From Candidatus Eiseniibacteriota bacterium (GTDB taxonomy: Bacteria; Eisenbacteria; RBG-16-71-46; DASYSL01): a stretch of 19,735 bases of DNA. The position numbers were made by a program, and so were the translations under genes. This document shows, one piece after another, positions 1 through 9,416 of this stretch; within the stretch, counting starts at the first letter, position 1, and each line of letters starts with the position of its first letter. The DNA is taken from the NCBI GenBank assembly GCA_031431875.1, contig JANPEF010000019.1:1-19735 (forward strand), in the 5' to 3' direction. Below the pieces are notes generated by a model. It was not told where the DNA came from and did no database searches. It saw nothing but the letters and a program-made list of their open reading frames with translations.

Positions 1-1272
<1,272 letters not shown>

Positions 1273-1405
1273 ATTTTACTTCGGAGGATCTGCGTCGCCC
1301 TGGCGGACGACATTGATCCGTAATCAAGGTCGCTCTCCAGTCCAGCATCGGACCAGGAACGAGGGACCCTCTGGGCTCACTTCGAACAAAACGTGCGCTA
1401 TTCAG

Positions 1406-1417
1406 TTTTCAAAGATC
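1406..1417 (-). promoter_or_regulatory. rrn leader antitermination boxA
   Basis: GATCTTTGAAAA on the minus strand between the rrn promoter and the 16S 5' end; resembles the boxA consensus (TGCTCTTTAACA / GATCTTTGAAAA type). Confidence 0.8.
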
Positions 1418-1560
1418 GGAGGTCACGAAAACCGACACGGGATCACCCGTGCCGCTCGGACAGCGGACGCAGAGCTGAGCAAAGGTCGGTGCCGAAGTCA
1501 ACCTACGAACTGCGTGGGCTTTATCGCGGCGACATCCCTGCTGTGCTGCGGACAAACGGA

Positions 1561-1610
1561 AATATAGTGCGGACTTGCGGGGATGTCAACCCCACGGGGC
1601 ACTTTTTTTT
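1561..1610 (-). promoter_or_regulatory. sigma70-type rRNA operon promoter with UP-element-like A tract
   Basis: Minus strand: TTGACA (1589-1584), 17-bp spacer, TATATT (1566-1561); A8 tract at 1610-1603 upstream of the -35; about 290 nt upstream of the 16S gene. Confidence 0.9.
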
Positions 1611-1950
1611 CGGGCCCTTCCGCTGCCCCGACCGTGTGGTGTAACTGGCTTCTGCTCAACACTTTAGAGCCACAATCCAGGAAGAGCGCCGGGATACGGC
1701 CGGAGAGAAACTGGATCGCGGGCCCCCGCCGGGACCCCCGGACGCCACGAATCGGGTCCCCGTGGGCTCAAGGTGTTGTCGTCATGACACTTGGTCGCTG
1801 GCCCAAATACGCCCTGAGCCACCTGCCTCGGCCTGCCCTACAGGGAATCGCCGCGGCAGGCGCCGGCGCGTGTGGCGGGCCATCCCCGGCCGCCTGGGGG
1901 GCCATCACGAGGCTTGCGGAGTGCGATTGTGCGACCGACGACGCGAGGGG

Positions 1951-3261
1951 TTACGGGAGCGGAAGCGGCGTGGTGCTTGCGGTCGGTGCGGTCACGACGC
2001 CGTCGCTGCGGACCTGGATCCAGCGACGTCCCAGGCGCACGAGCGTGACGCGATCGCCCGCCAGCTCCACCTCGAGGGCGGGATCGCTCACCGGCTGCTC
2101 GTTCACCTCGACGGCGCCCTCCTCGATCTTGCGCTTGGCCTCGCCTCCCGACTTCACCAGGCCCACGTCGACCAGCAGCTTGCGCAACGCGATCGGCGGT
2201 CCCGCCGGCAGCGTCCATAGCACCGCTTCGAGCGGGCGGCCGCGCTTCGAGAACTGCTGCTCGAAGGCCTCGCGGGCGTGCTGCGCCGCCTCGGCGCCGT
2301 GGTAGAGCGCGACGACCCGCTCGCCGAGCGCCTTCTTCCAGATCATCGGATTGTCGCCGGCGGCGAGTGCGGCCTCGATGCGCACCACCTCCTCGCTCGG
2401 CGCGTGGGCGGCCAGCGTCCAGTAGTGGATCAGGCGCTCGTCCGGGATCGACATCAGCTTGCCGAACTGCTCGCTCGGCGACTCGGCGATCCCGATGTAG
2501 TTGCCCAGCGACTTCGACATGCGCTGGACGCCGTCGAGCCCGACGAGAATCGGCAGCGTGAGGATCGCCTGCGGCTCCTGCCCGGCGTCCTCCTGCAACG
2601 CGCGACCGACCAGCAGGTTGAACTTCTGCTCGGTGCCGCCCAACTCGACGTCGGAGCGGATCTCGACCGAGTCGCGGCCCTGCATGAGCGGGTAGAGCAG
2701 CTCGTGCACGCTGATCGGCTGGCTGGCCTGCCAGCGCTTGGCGAAGTCGTCGCGCTCCAACATGCGAGCCACGGTGGAACGCGACGCCAGGTGGAGCACG
2801 TCGAGGAAGCGCATCGGCGCAAACCACTCGCCGTTCCTGTGCACCTCGGTCTTCGCTCGGTCGACGATGCGGAAGAACTGATCGAGGTACGTCGTCGCGT
2901 TGCGCTCGACGTCCGCGGCGGTGAGTTGCGGCCGCGTCTTCGAGCGCCCACTCGGATCGCCGACCATGCCTGTGTAGTCGCCGACGATCACGACCACCTG
3001 GTGGCCCAGCTCCTGGAACTCGCGCAGTTTGCGCAGGCCCACGGCGTGACCCAGGTGGATGTCCGGGGCGGTCGGATCGAAGCCCTGCTTGACCCGCAGC
3101 GGGCGGCGCTCCTGGATCGAGCGTTCCAGCTTGCGGCGGAACTCGTCGAGCGGCAGCAGTTCCTCGACGCCGCGCAGGAGAACCTTCAGCTGGCGGTCGG
3201 CTTCCTCGCGAGTGGCGTCAGAGGCGGGAACGGGCGGGCGGGACTCGGGGCGATCGGACAT
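1951..3261 (-). CDS. tyrS: Tyrosine--tRNA ligase
   Basis: GFDPTAPDIHLGH (HIGH motif), YPLMQGRD, GGTEQKFN, RMSKS (KMSKS motif) and a C-terminal S4-like domain (SGGEAKRKIEEGAVEVN). Confidence 0.98.
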   Translation of the reverse strand: MSDRPESRPPVPASDATREEADRQLKVLLRGVEELLPLDEFRRKLERSIQERRPLRVKQGFDPTAPDIHLGHAVGLRKLREFQELGHQVVVIVGDYTGMVGDPSGRSKTRPQLTAADVERNATTYLDQFFRIVDRAKTEVHRNGEWFAPMRFLDVLHLASRSTVARMLERDDFAKRWQASQPISVHELLYPLMQGRDSVEIRSDVELGGTEQKFNLLVGRALQEDAGQEPQAILTLPILVGLDGVQRMSKSLGNYIGIAESPSEQFGKLMSIPDERLIHYWTLAAHAPSEEVVRIEAALAAGDNPMIWKKALGERVVALYHGAEAAQHAREAFEQQFSKRGRPLEAVLWTLPAGPPIALRKLLVDVGLVKSGGEAKRKIEEGAVEVNEQPVSDPALEVELAGDRVTLVRLGRRWIQVRSDGVVTAPTASTTPLPLP

Positions 3262-3268
3262 GCGTCGG

Positions 3269-3298
3269 AAGCTAACAGAGCACGGCGACCCGGCTCAA
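3269..3298 (-). promoter_or_regulatory. Putative sigma70 promoter of tyrS (extended -10, leaderless)
   Basis: TTGAGC (3298-3293), 18 bp, then TAGCTT (3274-3269) preceded by TGT; 7 nt to the ATG at 3261; no Shine-Dalgarno. Confidence 0.6.
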
Positions 3299-3341
3299 CG
3301 TCGGCGCGGCTGCCCGGCGCGGCTCCGCCGCGATTCGCCGC

Positions 3342-3369
3342 TTGACCCTTCCGGTCCGGCTGCTAGGCT
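3342..3369 (+). promoter_or_regulatory. Putative sigma70 promoter of the PBP1A gene (extended -10, possibly leaderless)
   Basis: TTGACC (3342-3347), 16 bp, then TAGGCT (3364-3369) preceded by TGC; 6 nt to the GTG at 3376. Confidence 0.65.
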
Positions 3370-3375
3370 CGCGCC

Positions 3376-5592
3376 GTGCCCGTCGCCCCGAAGGATCCCA
3401 TGGAAGAGGTCTCCCGAACGGTCCGCAAGAGCGTGCGCCGTTTCCCCTGGAAGTTCTTTCTCTCGATCGTGCTCATCGTGCTCTGCGCCTCGGCTGGAGC
3501 CGTGTTCGGCCTCGCCCAGTGGATGTCCCGCGACCTGCCCGACGTGGCCAAGCTGTCGGCCATCCGGCCGCCGGTCCGCAGCACGGTCTACGACGTCAAG
3601 GGCCGCGAGATCGCCGCGTTCTTCAAGGAGAACCGCGATGTCGTCCCGCTCCGCGCGATCCCGAAGTCGCTGGTCGACGCTACGCTGTCGACCGAGGACC
3701 GCCATTTCTACAGCCACTGGGGCGTCGACCTGGGCGGCATCAGCCGCGCTGCACTGACCAACATCCTCAAGCTGCAGACCAAACAGGGCGGGTCGACGAT
3801 CACGCAACAGCTGGCGCGCAACCTGTTCCTCACGCACGAGCGCACGCTCGATCGCAAGTTCAAGGAACTGGTGATCGCCCTGCGCATCGAGAAGATGTAC
3901 TCGAAGCAGGAAATCCTCGAGATGTACTTCAACCAGATCTACTACGGCCACGGCGCGTATGGCACGCAGGCCGCAGCGCGCACGTTCTTCGCCAAGGACG
4001 TCCGCCAGCTCTCGCTCACCGAGGCCGCGCTGCTCGCCGGCCTGCCGCAGAACCCCTCGGGGCACTCGCCCTACCGCAACCCGGCGGGCGCGATGTCGCG
4101 GCGGAACGCGGTGCTACGCAACATGCTCGAGACGAAGTCGATCTCGACCAACCAGTACGAAGCGGCGATCAAGACGCCGATCGGCGTGATCGAGCGGGCG
4201 CAGACGGCCGGCCTGGCGCCGTACTTCGTCGAGATGGTGCGTCTCGCGCTCGACGACAAGTACGGCTCGAACCTGGTCTACGAGGGCGGCCTCAGGGTCT
4301 ACACCTCGCTCGACCTCGACCTGCAGCGCGAGGCCGAACGGGCGCTCGAGAAGCAGTTGTCGGACCTCGAGCGGCGCTACAAGTACAAGGCGACGCGCGC
4401 CAACTGGGTCGCGCCGGCCGCGGCGAACGCCGGCACGGGCGCCGAGGCCCGCCCGCGGCTCGGCGTGCAGACGCCGTACCTGCAGGGTGCGCTGGTCGCG
4501 ATCGACGCGCGCACCGGCTACGTTCGGGCGCTGGTCGGCGGGCGCGACTTCAAGGCCTCGGCGTTCAATCGCGCGGTGCAGGCCAAGCGGCAGCCGGGCT
4601 CGGCGTTCAAGCCGTTCATCTACACCGCGGCGGTCGACAACGGCTTCCAGCCCACCGACATCATCGAGGACGCGCCGATCTCGCTGCCCGGCGGTGCCAA
4701 CGGGGCGGCGTGGACGCCAGGAAACTACGACCGCAAGTTCAGCGGACCGGTCACGCTGCGCTACGCGCTGCAGCGCTCGATCAACATCCCGGCGATCAAG
4801 CTGCTCAAGAAACTCGGCGTCTCGCTGGTCGCTTCGTACGCGCGCCGCATGGGCATCAAGAGCCCGATCCACCCCAACCTGTCGGTCGCCCTCGGCACCA
4901 GCGAAGTCGACCTGATGGAGATCACGTCGGCCTACTCGGTGCTGGCCAACGAGGGCATCCGCAACGAGCCGGCATCCATCCTCAAGGTCGAGGACAAGTC
5001 CGGTGCCGTGCTCGAGTCGCTGCAGCCGCGCCCGGTCGACGTGCTGTCGGCCGAGACCGCGGGCGTGATGACGAGCATGCTGCAGAGCGTGATGGACCAC
5101 GGTACCGGCTACCCGGCGCGCGCCCGCGGGTTCACCGCACCGGCGGCGGGCAAGACCGGCACGACCGACGACTACTCCGATGCGTGGTTCATCGGCTACA
5201 CACCGAGCCTCGTCACCGGCGTCTGGGTCGGCTTCGACGTGAAGAAGACGATGGGCAAGGGCGTGACCGGCGGCGTCGGCGCGCTGCCGATCTGGACCGA
5301 CTTCATGATCGCCGCCACGCGCGGGCGCTCGGTCGAGCAATTCAACGTGCAGAACCAGGGCGAGACGCGCGAGATCTGCACCGAGACCGGCCTGCTCGCG
5401 ACCGAGGCGTGCGTCACGGTCACCGCCGAGATCTTCCCGCCGGGCACCGAGCCGACCGAGTACTGCAACGTCCACGTCGGCCTCCCCCGCCAGCCGGGGC
5501 AGCACGACCCTCCGTACGACTCCGAGGCGCCGCCCGAGGTGCCTGCAGGCGAGCCCACCGACGGCACCGCGCCCGACACAACGCGGATCTGA
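3376..5592 (+). CDS. mrcA: Class A penicillin-binding protein (PBP1A family transglycosylase/transpeptidase)
   Basis: N-terminal TM helix; GT51 motifs TEDRHF, GGSTITQQL, RKFKE; transpeptidase motifs SAFK (SxxK), SIN (SxN), KTG. Start is GTG 3376 or ATG 3400. Confidence 0.95.
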   Translation: MPVAPKDPMEEVSRTVRKSVRRFPWKFFLSIVLIVLCASAGAVFGLAQWMSRDLPDVAKLSAIRPPVRSTVYDVKGREIAAFFKENRDVVPLRAIPKSLVDATLSTEDRHFYSHWGVDLGGISRAALTNILKLQTKQGGSTITQQLARNLFLTHERTLDRKFKELVIALRIEKMYSKQEILEMYFNQIYYGHGAYGTQAAARTFFAKDVRQLSLTEAALLAGLPQNPSGHSPYRNPAGAMSRRNAVLRNMLETKSISTNQYEAAIKTPIGVIERAQTAGLAPYFVEMVRLALDDKYGSNLVYEGGLRVYTSLDLDLQREAERALEKQLSDLERRYKYKATRANWVAPAAANAGTGAEARPRLGVQTPYLQGALVAIDARTGYVRALVGGRDFKASAFNRAVQAKRQPGSAFKPFIYTAAVDNGFQPTDIIEDAPISLPGGANGAAWTPGNYDRKFSGPVTLRYALQRSINIPAIKLLKKLGVSLVASYARRMGIKSPIHPNLSVALGTSEVDLMEITSAYSVLANEGIRNEPASILKVEDKSGAVLESLQPRPVDVLSAETAGVMTSMLQSVMDHGTGYPARARGFTAPAAGKTGTTDDYSDAWFIGYTPSLVTGVWVGFDVKKTMGKGVTGGVGALPIWTDFMIAATRGRSVEQFNVQNQGETREICTETGLLATEACVTVTAEIFPPGTEPTEYCNVHVGLPRQPGQHDPPYDSEAPPEVPAGEPTDGTAPDTTRI

Positions 5593-5597
5593 CCCCG

Positions 5598-6353
5598 GTG
5601 CCCCCCGCCGCGAGCAAGGTCGCGAAGCTCACCGCTTGGTTCTGGGTGATGAAGATCTGCGCGACGACCGTGGGCGAGACCGGCGGTGACCTGCTGTCGA
5701 TGACGCTCAAGATCGGCTACGCGGCCAGCTCGATCCTGCTGGTCTCGGGGTTCCTGGTCGCCTTGACCGCGCAGCTCCGCGCGAAGCAGTTCAACCCCTG
5801 GCTATACTGGGCGGTCATCCTCGCGACGAGCACGGCCGGCACGACGATCTCGGATTATCTCGATCGCTCCCTCGGACTCGGCTACGCGACCGGAGCGACG
5901 CTGCTTGCGGGCACGCTCGTCGTCGTGCTCGTTGCGTGGCGCCTGATCCTGGGCTCGATCAACGTCGACCGGATCGTCGATCCGCGCGTCGAAGCCTTCT
6001 ACTGGGCAGCGATCCTGGTCTCCAATACGCTGGGGACCGCACTCGGCGACTTCCTGGCCGACAGCTCGGGCCTCGGCTACGGCATGAGCAACCTGCTCAT
6101 CTCGTGCGTCCTCGCGGCGATCCTCGCGGCCTACCTGTGGACGCGGACCTCGCGCACCGTGCTGTTCTGGATGGCCTTCGTGCTCACGCGGCCGTTCGGT
6201 GCGACGATGGGCGACCTCCTGACCAAGCCCACGTCGCATGGCGGCCTGGGCTTCGGCACGGTCGGCTCGTCGCTGGTCCTGCTCGTCCTGTTGATCGCGA
6301 CGATCGTGTGGGATACACGGCGACAGGCTCGTGGGCCGAGCCACTCGGCCTAG
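5598..6353 (+). CDS. COG4705 / DUF347-repeat membrane protein
   Basis: C-terminal ~250 aa of the 3342..6353 ORF: SKVAKLTAWFWVMKICATTVGETGGD, with four repeats of a T/S-x-x-G-x-x-x-x-D type helix motif (TTVGETGGD, STAGTTISD, NTLGTALGD, RPFGATMGD); hydrophobic throughout. Start uncertain (GTG 5598 or CTG 5589). Confidence 0.85.
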   Translation: MPPAASKVAKLTAWFWVMKICATTVGETGGDLLSMTLKIGYAASSILLVSGFLVALTAQLRAKQFNPWLYWAVILATSTAGTTISDYLDRSLGLGYATGATLLAGTLVVVLVAWRLILGSINVDRIVDPRVEAFYWAAILVSNTLGTALGDFLADSSGLGYGMSNLLISCVLAAILAAYLWTRTSRTVLFWMAFVLTRPFGATMGDLLTKPTSHGGLGFGTVGSSLVLLVLLIATIVWDTRRQARGPSHSA

Positions 6354-7081
6354 GCCGACACCGTCACCCCGACGCGCGGGCACACGTCGTTCATGAAGCA
6401 CGAGCTGCACAGGGGCTTCTTTGCGTCGCAGACGTGGCGCCCGTGGTCGATCAGCAGGTGGCTGAACAGCGTCCACTCCGCCTGCGGCACGACCTTCGCC
6501 AGGTCCTTCTCGACCTTGACCGGATCGGCCTGCTTGGTCAGCCCCAGGCGTCGCGACACCCGCCCCACGTGCGTGTCCACCACGACCCCCGCCTCGATCC
6601 CGTAGGCATTCCCCAGCACGACGTTCGCGGTCTTCCGCCCGACGCCTCGCAGCGCGACGAGCTCGTCGAGCGTCTTCGGCGGCTGGCCCGCGAACTTCTC
6701 GACCAGGTCGCGGCTCATTTCGGACAGCGCCCGCGCCTTCATGCGGAAGAACCCGCACGAGTAGATCGCCTTCTCCAGTTCGGGCAGCTCGGCATCGGCC
6801 ATCGCGCGCGCGTCGGGCCAGCGCGCGAACAGGTCGGGCGCGACCTTGTTGACGTTCGCGTCGGTGTTCTGCGCGGCGAGGATGGTCATCACGAGGAGCG
6901 AGAAGGCGTCGTGGAACTCGAGTGCGCAATGGGCACCCGGGTAGGCCTGCTTGAGCCGCTTGCGGAGCAGCGCGACGTCGACGGATATCGCGGCGCGCTT
7001 GCGCGCCGCCTTCATCGCAGGCTTCGAAGCGCTGGCGTCCTTCGAAGCGTTCACGACCTTCGTCGCGGCTTTCGTGGCCAT
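6350..7081 (-). CDS. nth: Endonuclease III (HhH-GPD DNA glycosylase/AP lyase)
   Basis: HhH motif LRGVGRKTANVVLG, catalytic VDTHV, [4Fe-4S] motif C-x6-C-x2-C-x5-C (CDAKKPLCSSCFMNDVC). Start set at ATG 7081, 14 bp after the nuoI stop. Confidence 0.96.
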   Translation of the reverse strand: MATKAATKVVNASKDASASKPAMKAARKRAAISVDVALLRKRLKQAYPGAHCALEFHDAFSLLVMTILAAQNTDANVNKVAPDLFARWPDARAMADAELPELEKAIYSCGFFRMKARALSEMSRDLVEKFAGQPPKTLDELVALRGVGRKTANVVLGNAYGIEAGVVVDTHVGRVSRRLGLTKQADPVKVEKDLAKVVPQAEWTLFSHLLIDHGRHVCDAKKPLCSSCFMNDVCPRVGVTVSA

Positions 7082-7095
7082 GCGGCGGGTGCCGC

Positions 7096-7734
7096 TCAGC
7101 GCACGAGCGTCTCGCCCGGCTCGTAGCGCGGACGGTAGCCCGGGGGCGTCGTCGCCAGCTGCGGGCGGTCGGCCAGCAGCGCAATCGGGTACACCGTCTG
7201 CTCGCGCGAGGTCGCCGACATCTCGTAGTCCTGCGTCATGATGATCGCCTCCTCGGGGCAGGCGTCCACGCACAGGCCGCACATCACGCAGCGCAGCATG
7301 TCGATGTCGAAGCGCACCGGGTACTTCTCGTACTTGTTGTTGGGGTGCTCGCCGGCCTCGATGGTGATGCACTCGGCGGGGCACGCCGTCGAGCACATGA
7401 AGCACGCCACGCACTTGAGCGTGCCATCCGTGCGCTTGGTCAGCTGGTGGATGCCGCGGAAGCGCGGCGAGTACTGCCGCCGCTCCTCGGGGTACTGCAC
7501 GGTCGGATCGGCCTTGCGCGACAGCGCCGAGCGGATGAAGTTCTTCATCGTGACGACGAGGCCATAGGCGGTGTGGAAGTAGCTGGGCCGCTCGGAGGAC
7601 GGCGCACCGGGCGGCGTCTGGCCTGCCTTCGGTGGCGGCGGCGCGACGGGCGCGAGCGCCTCGGGGCGCAGCGGAATCCGGGTCCTCGGTCGCGGGATCG
7701 GCGTGTAGACGACGCTGGTGGTGGTATCGCTCAT
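7096..7734 (-). CDS. nuoI: NADH-quinone oxidoreductase subunit I
   Basis: TVQYPEE..RFRG, two ferredoxin motifs CVACFMCSTACP and CVMCGLCVDACP; SD GAGGA before ATG 7734. Confidence 0.93.
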   Translation of the reverse strand: MSDTTTSVVYTPIPRPRTRIPLRPEALAPVAPPPPKAGQTPPGAPSSERPSYFHTAYGLVVTMKNFIRSALSRKADPTVQYPEERRQYSPRFRGIHQLTKRTDGTLKCVACFMCSTACPAECITIEAGEHPNNKYEKYPVRFDIDMLRCVMCGLCVDACPEEAIIMTQDYEMSATSREQTVYPIALLADRPQLATTPPGYRPRYEPGETLVR

Positions 7735-7741
7735 GATGTCC

Positions 7742-9388
7742 TCAGGATCCCACGGTCTGGGGCGTCGCCTGCGGCAGCGGCGCTCCGAAGCGACCAAGGC
7801 CAGCCCAGGTGAGGCCGGCGAACGACGGATGGGCCGCGGCCAGCGCGGCGAACAGTGCGGAGCCATCGCCCGCAGGCAGGCTCGCATCGAGACGCCCGGC
7901 GACGTCGGCGAGCACGGCGGCAGCCGGGCGCGCCATCGCGGCCGGCGGCATGACGCGCTCGAAGCGCTGCACGCGGCCCTGCGCGTTGACGAACGTCCCC
8001 TCCTGCTCGTGCACCTCGGCGTCGGCGAGGATCACGTGCGCGACGCCGTCGACGGCCGGCAGCGCGTGCGCGGCGTGAACGACGACGCACGGCACCTTCG
8101 CCAGCGCGCGCGCGACACGATCGGTGTCGCTGCGGCCGGTCCACAACTCGAGCCCGAGCACGTAGAGCACCTTCACCTTGCCCGCCTCGCAAGCGGCGAG
8201 GATCGCCTCGACGTCGCCCATGCCGGCGGCCGGGGCGAGCCCCAGCGCGGCGCAGCCGGCGTTGTTCGGATGCGGATCCCGGCGACGCAGGAGCTTGTCC
8301 TGCATCTCCGCGGTCTTCGCCTGCGAGCCATCGACGCGGTAATCGAGGTGGGGCGTGCCCAGCACCTCGCGGGCGAAGCGCGCGGCGACCCAGTTGGTCT
8401 CGTTCGACTGGCGCGCCGAGGCGATCACGGCGATCGACGCGGGGTCGGCGGCCTTCGCCTCGGCCAGGCGCACGGTGACGACCGTCAACGCCTCGTCCCA
8501 GTCCGCGTCATGCCAGGCGCCGCCGTCGAGCCGCAGGCGGGGCATGGTCACGCGCGCCTCGTGCAGCAGCGCGTACGAGTCGCGACCGTAGTCACACATC
8601 CACGACTTGTTCACCGCCTCGTTGCGGCGCGGTACGTAGCGGTAGATCGTGCCGTCCTTGTGGTCGACGCGTACGTTGCAGCCGGTGGCGCACTGCGTGC
8701 AGACCGACTCGGCGCTCTTGAGGAACCACACGCGCTGCTTGAAGCGGAAGTCCTTCGAGGTCAGCGCCCCCACCGGGCAGATGTCGACCACGTTGCCGAT
8801 GTAGTCGTCGCCGGTGATCGGCTGGTTGTTCTCGGTGCCAATCTCGGTCGTGACGCCGCGGGTGAAGAACTGCAGCGCATGCGAACCCGAGACCTCGCGG
8901 CAGAAGCGCACGCAGCGCGAGCACAGCACACAGCGTTCCTTGTCGAGCATGATGCGGTCGCCCAGGTCGACGACCTTGCGCTTGTGCACCTTGAGCCCGC
9001 GCGGCATGCGGCTGTCGTAGCCGCCGTGCTCCATGTAGTAATCCTGGAGTTTGCATTCGCCGGCCTGGTCGCAGATCGGGCAATCGAGCGGGTGGTTGAC
9101 CAGCAGGAACTCGAGCTGGCGACGGCGCGCCTCCTCGGCGTCGGGCCGGCCGAAGTGCACGACCATGCCCTCGCGCACCTCCTCGCAGCACGAGGGCACG
9201 AGCTTGGGCCGTCCCTCGATGCCGACCAGGCACATGCGGCAGCTTCCCTCCCACGACAGGTCCGCGTGGTAGCAGAAGTTGGGCACGCGGATGCCGACGA
9301 GCTTCGCGGCCTCGAGCACGTTCGTTCCTGCGGCGGCCGTCACGCTCTTGCCGTCGATCGTCAGGGTGACCGGGGGTCGTTCGCTCAC
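7742..9388 (-). CDS. nuoG: NADH-quinone oxidoreductase subunit G (short form, 548 aa)
   Basis: N1b ligands (FCYH..SCRMC..SC), N5 HPLDCPICDQAGEC, N4 CVLCSRC..ICPVG, N7 CTQCATGC..MCDYGR; GTG start with SD GGGAG. Confidence 0.92.
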   Translation of the reverse strand: MSERPPVTLTIDGKSVTAAAGTNVLEAAKLVGIRVPNFCYHADLSWEGSCRMCLVGIEGRPKLVPSCCEEVREGMVVHFGRPDAEEARRRQLEFLLVNHPLDCPICDQAGECKLQDYYMEHGGYDSRMPRGLKVHKRKVVDLGDRIMLDKERCVLCSRCVRFCREVSGSHALQFFTRGVTTEIGTENNQPITGDDYIGNVVDICPVGALTSKDFRFKQRVWFLKSAESVCTQCATGCNVRVDHKDGTIYRYVPRRNEAVNKSWMCDYGRDSYALLHEARVTMPRLRLDGGAWHDADWDEALTVVTVRLAEAKAADPASIAVIASARQSNETNWVAARFAREVLGTPHLDYRVDGSQAKTAEMQDKLLRRRDPHPNNAGCAALGLAPAAGMGDVEAILAACEAGKVKVLYVLGLELWTGRSDTDRVARALAKVPCVVVHAAHALPAVDGVAHVILADAEVHEQEGTFVNAQGRVQRFERVMPPAAMARPAAAVLADVAGRLDASLPAGDGSALFAALAAAHPSFAGLTWAGLGRFGAPLPQATPQTVGS

Positions 9389-9416
9389 GTGTCGCTCCCG
9401 TGCCGTGGCGGCCGCA

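Noticed and set aside
1583..2305. Plus-strand ORFs across the rrn-tyrS gap
   Set aside because: They overlap the rrn promoter and run antisense to tyrS; low-complexity translation with no RBS or family features.
1561..3261. tyrS directly upstream of an rRNA operon
   Set aside because: A common arrangement in many bacteria; not novel.
3342..5588. 1003-aa ORF suggesting a giant fusion or overprinted gene
   Set aside because: The first ~750 codons are an Arg/Gly/Pro-rich shadow frame of PBP1A, and its TTG 'start' is the promoter -35; only the last ~250 aa is a real protein.
7742..9388. Formate dehydrogenase or [FeFe]-hydrogenase instead of NuoG, or a truncated pseudogene
   Set aside because: No H-cluster motifs or evident Mo-ligand region; the HPLDCPICDQAGEC signature and context fit NuoG; the ORF is intact and closely followed by nuoI.
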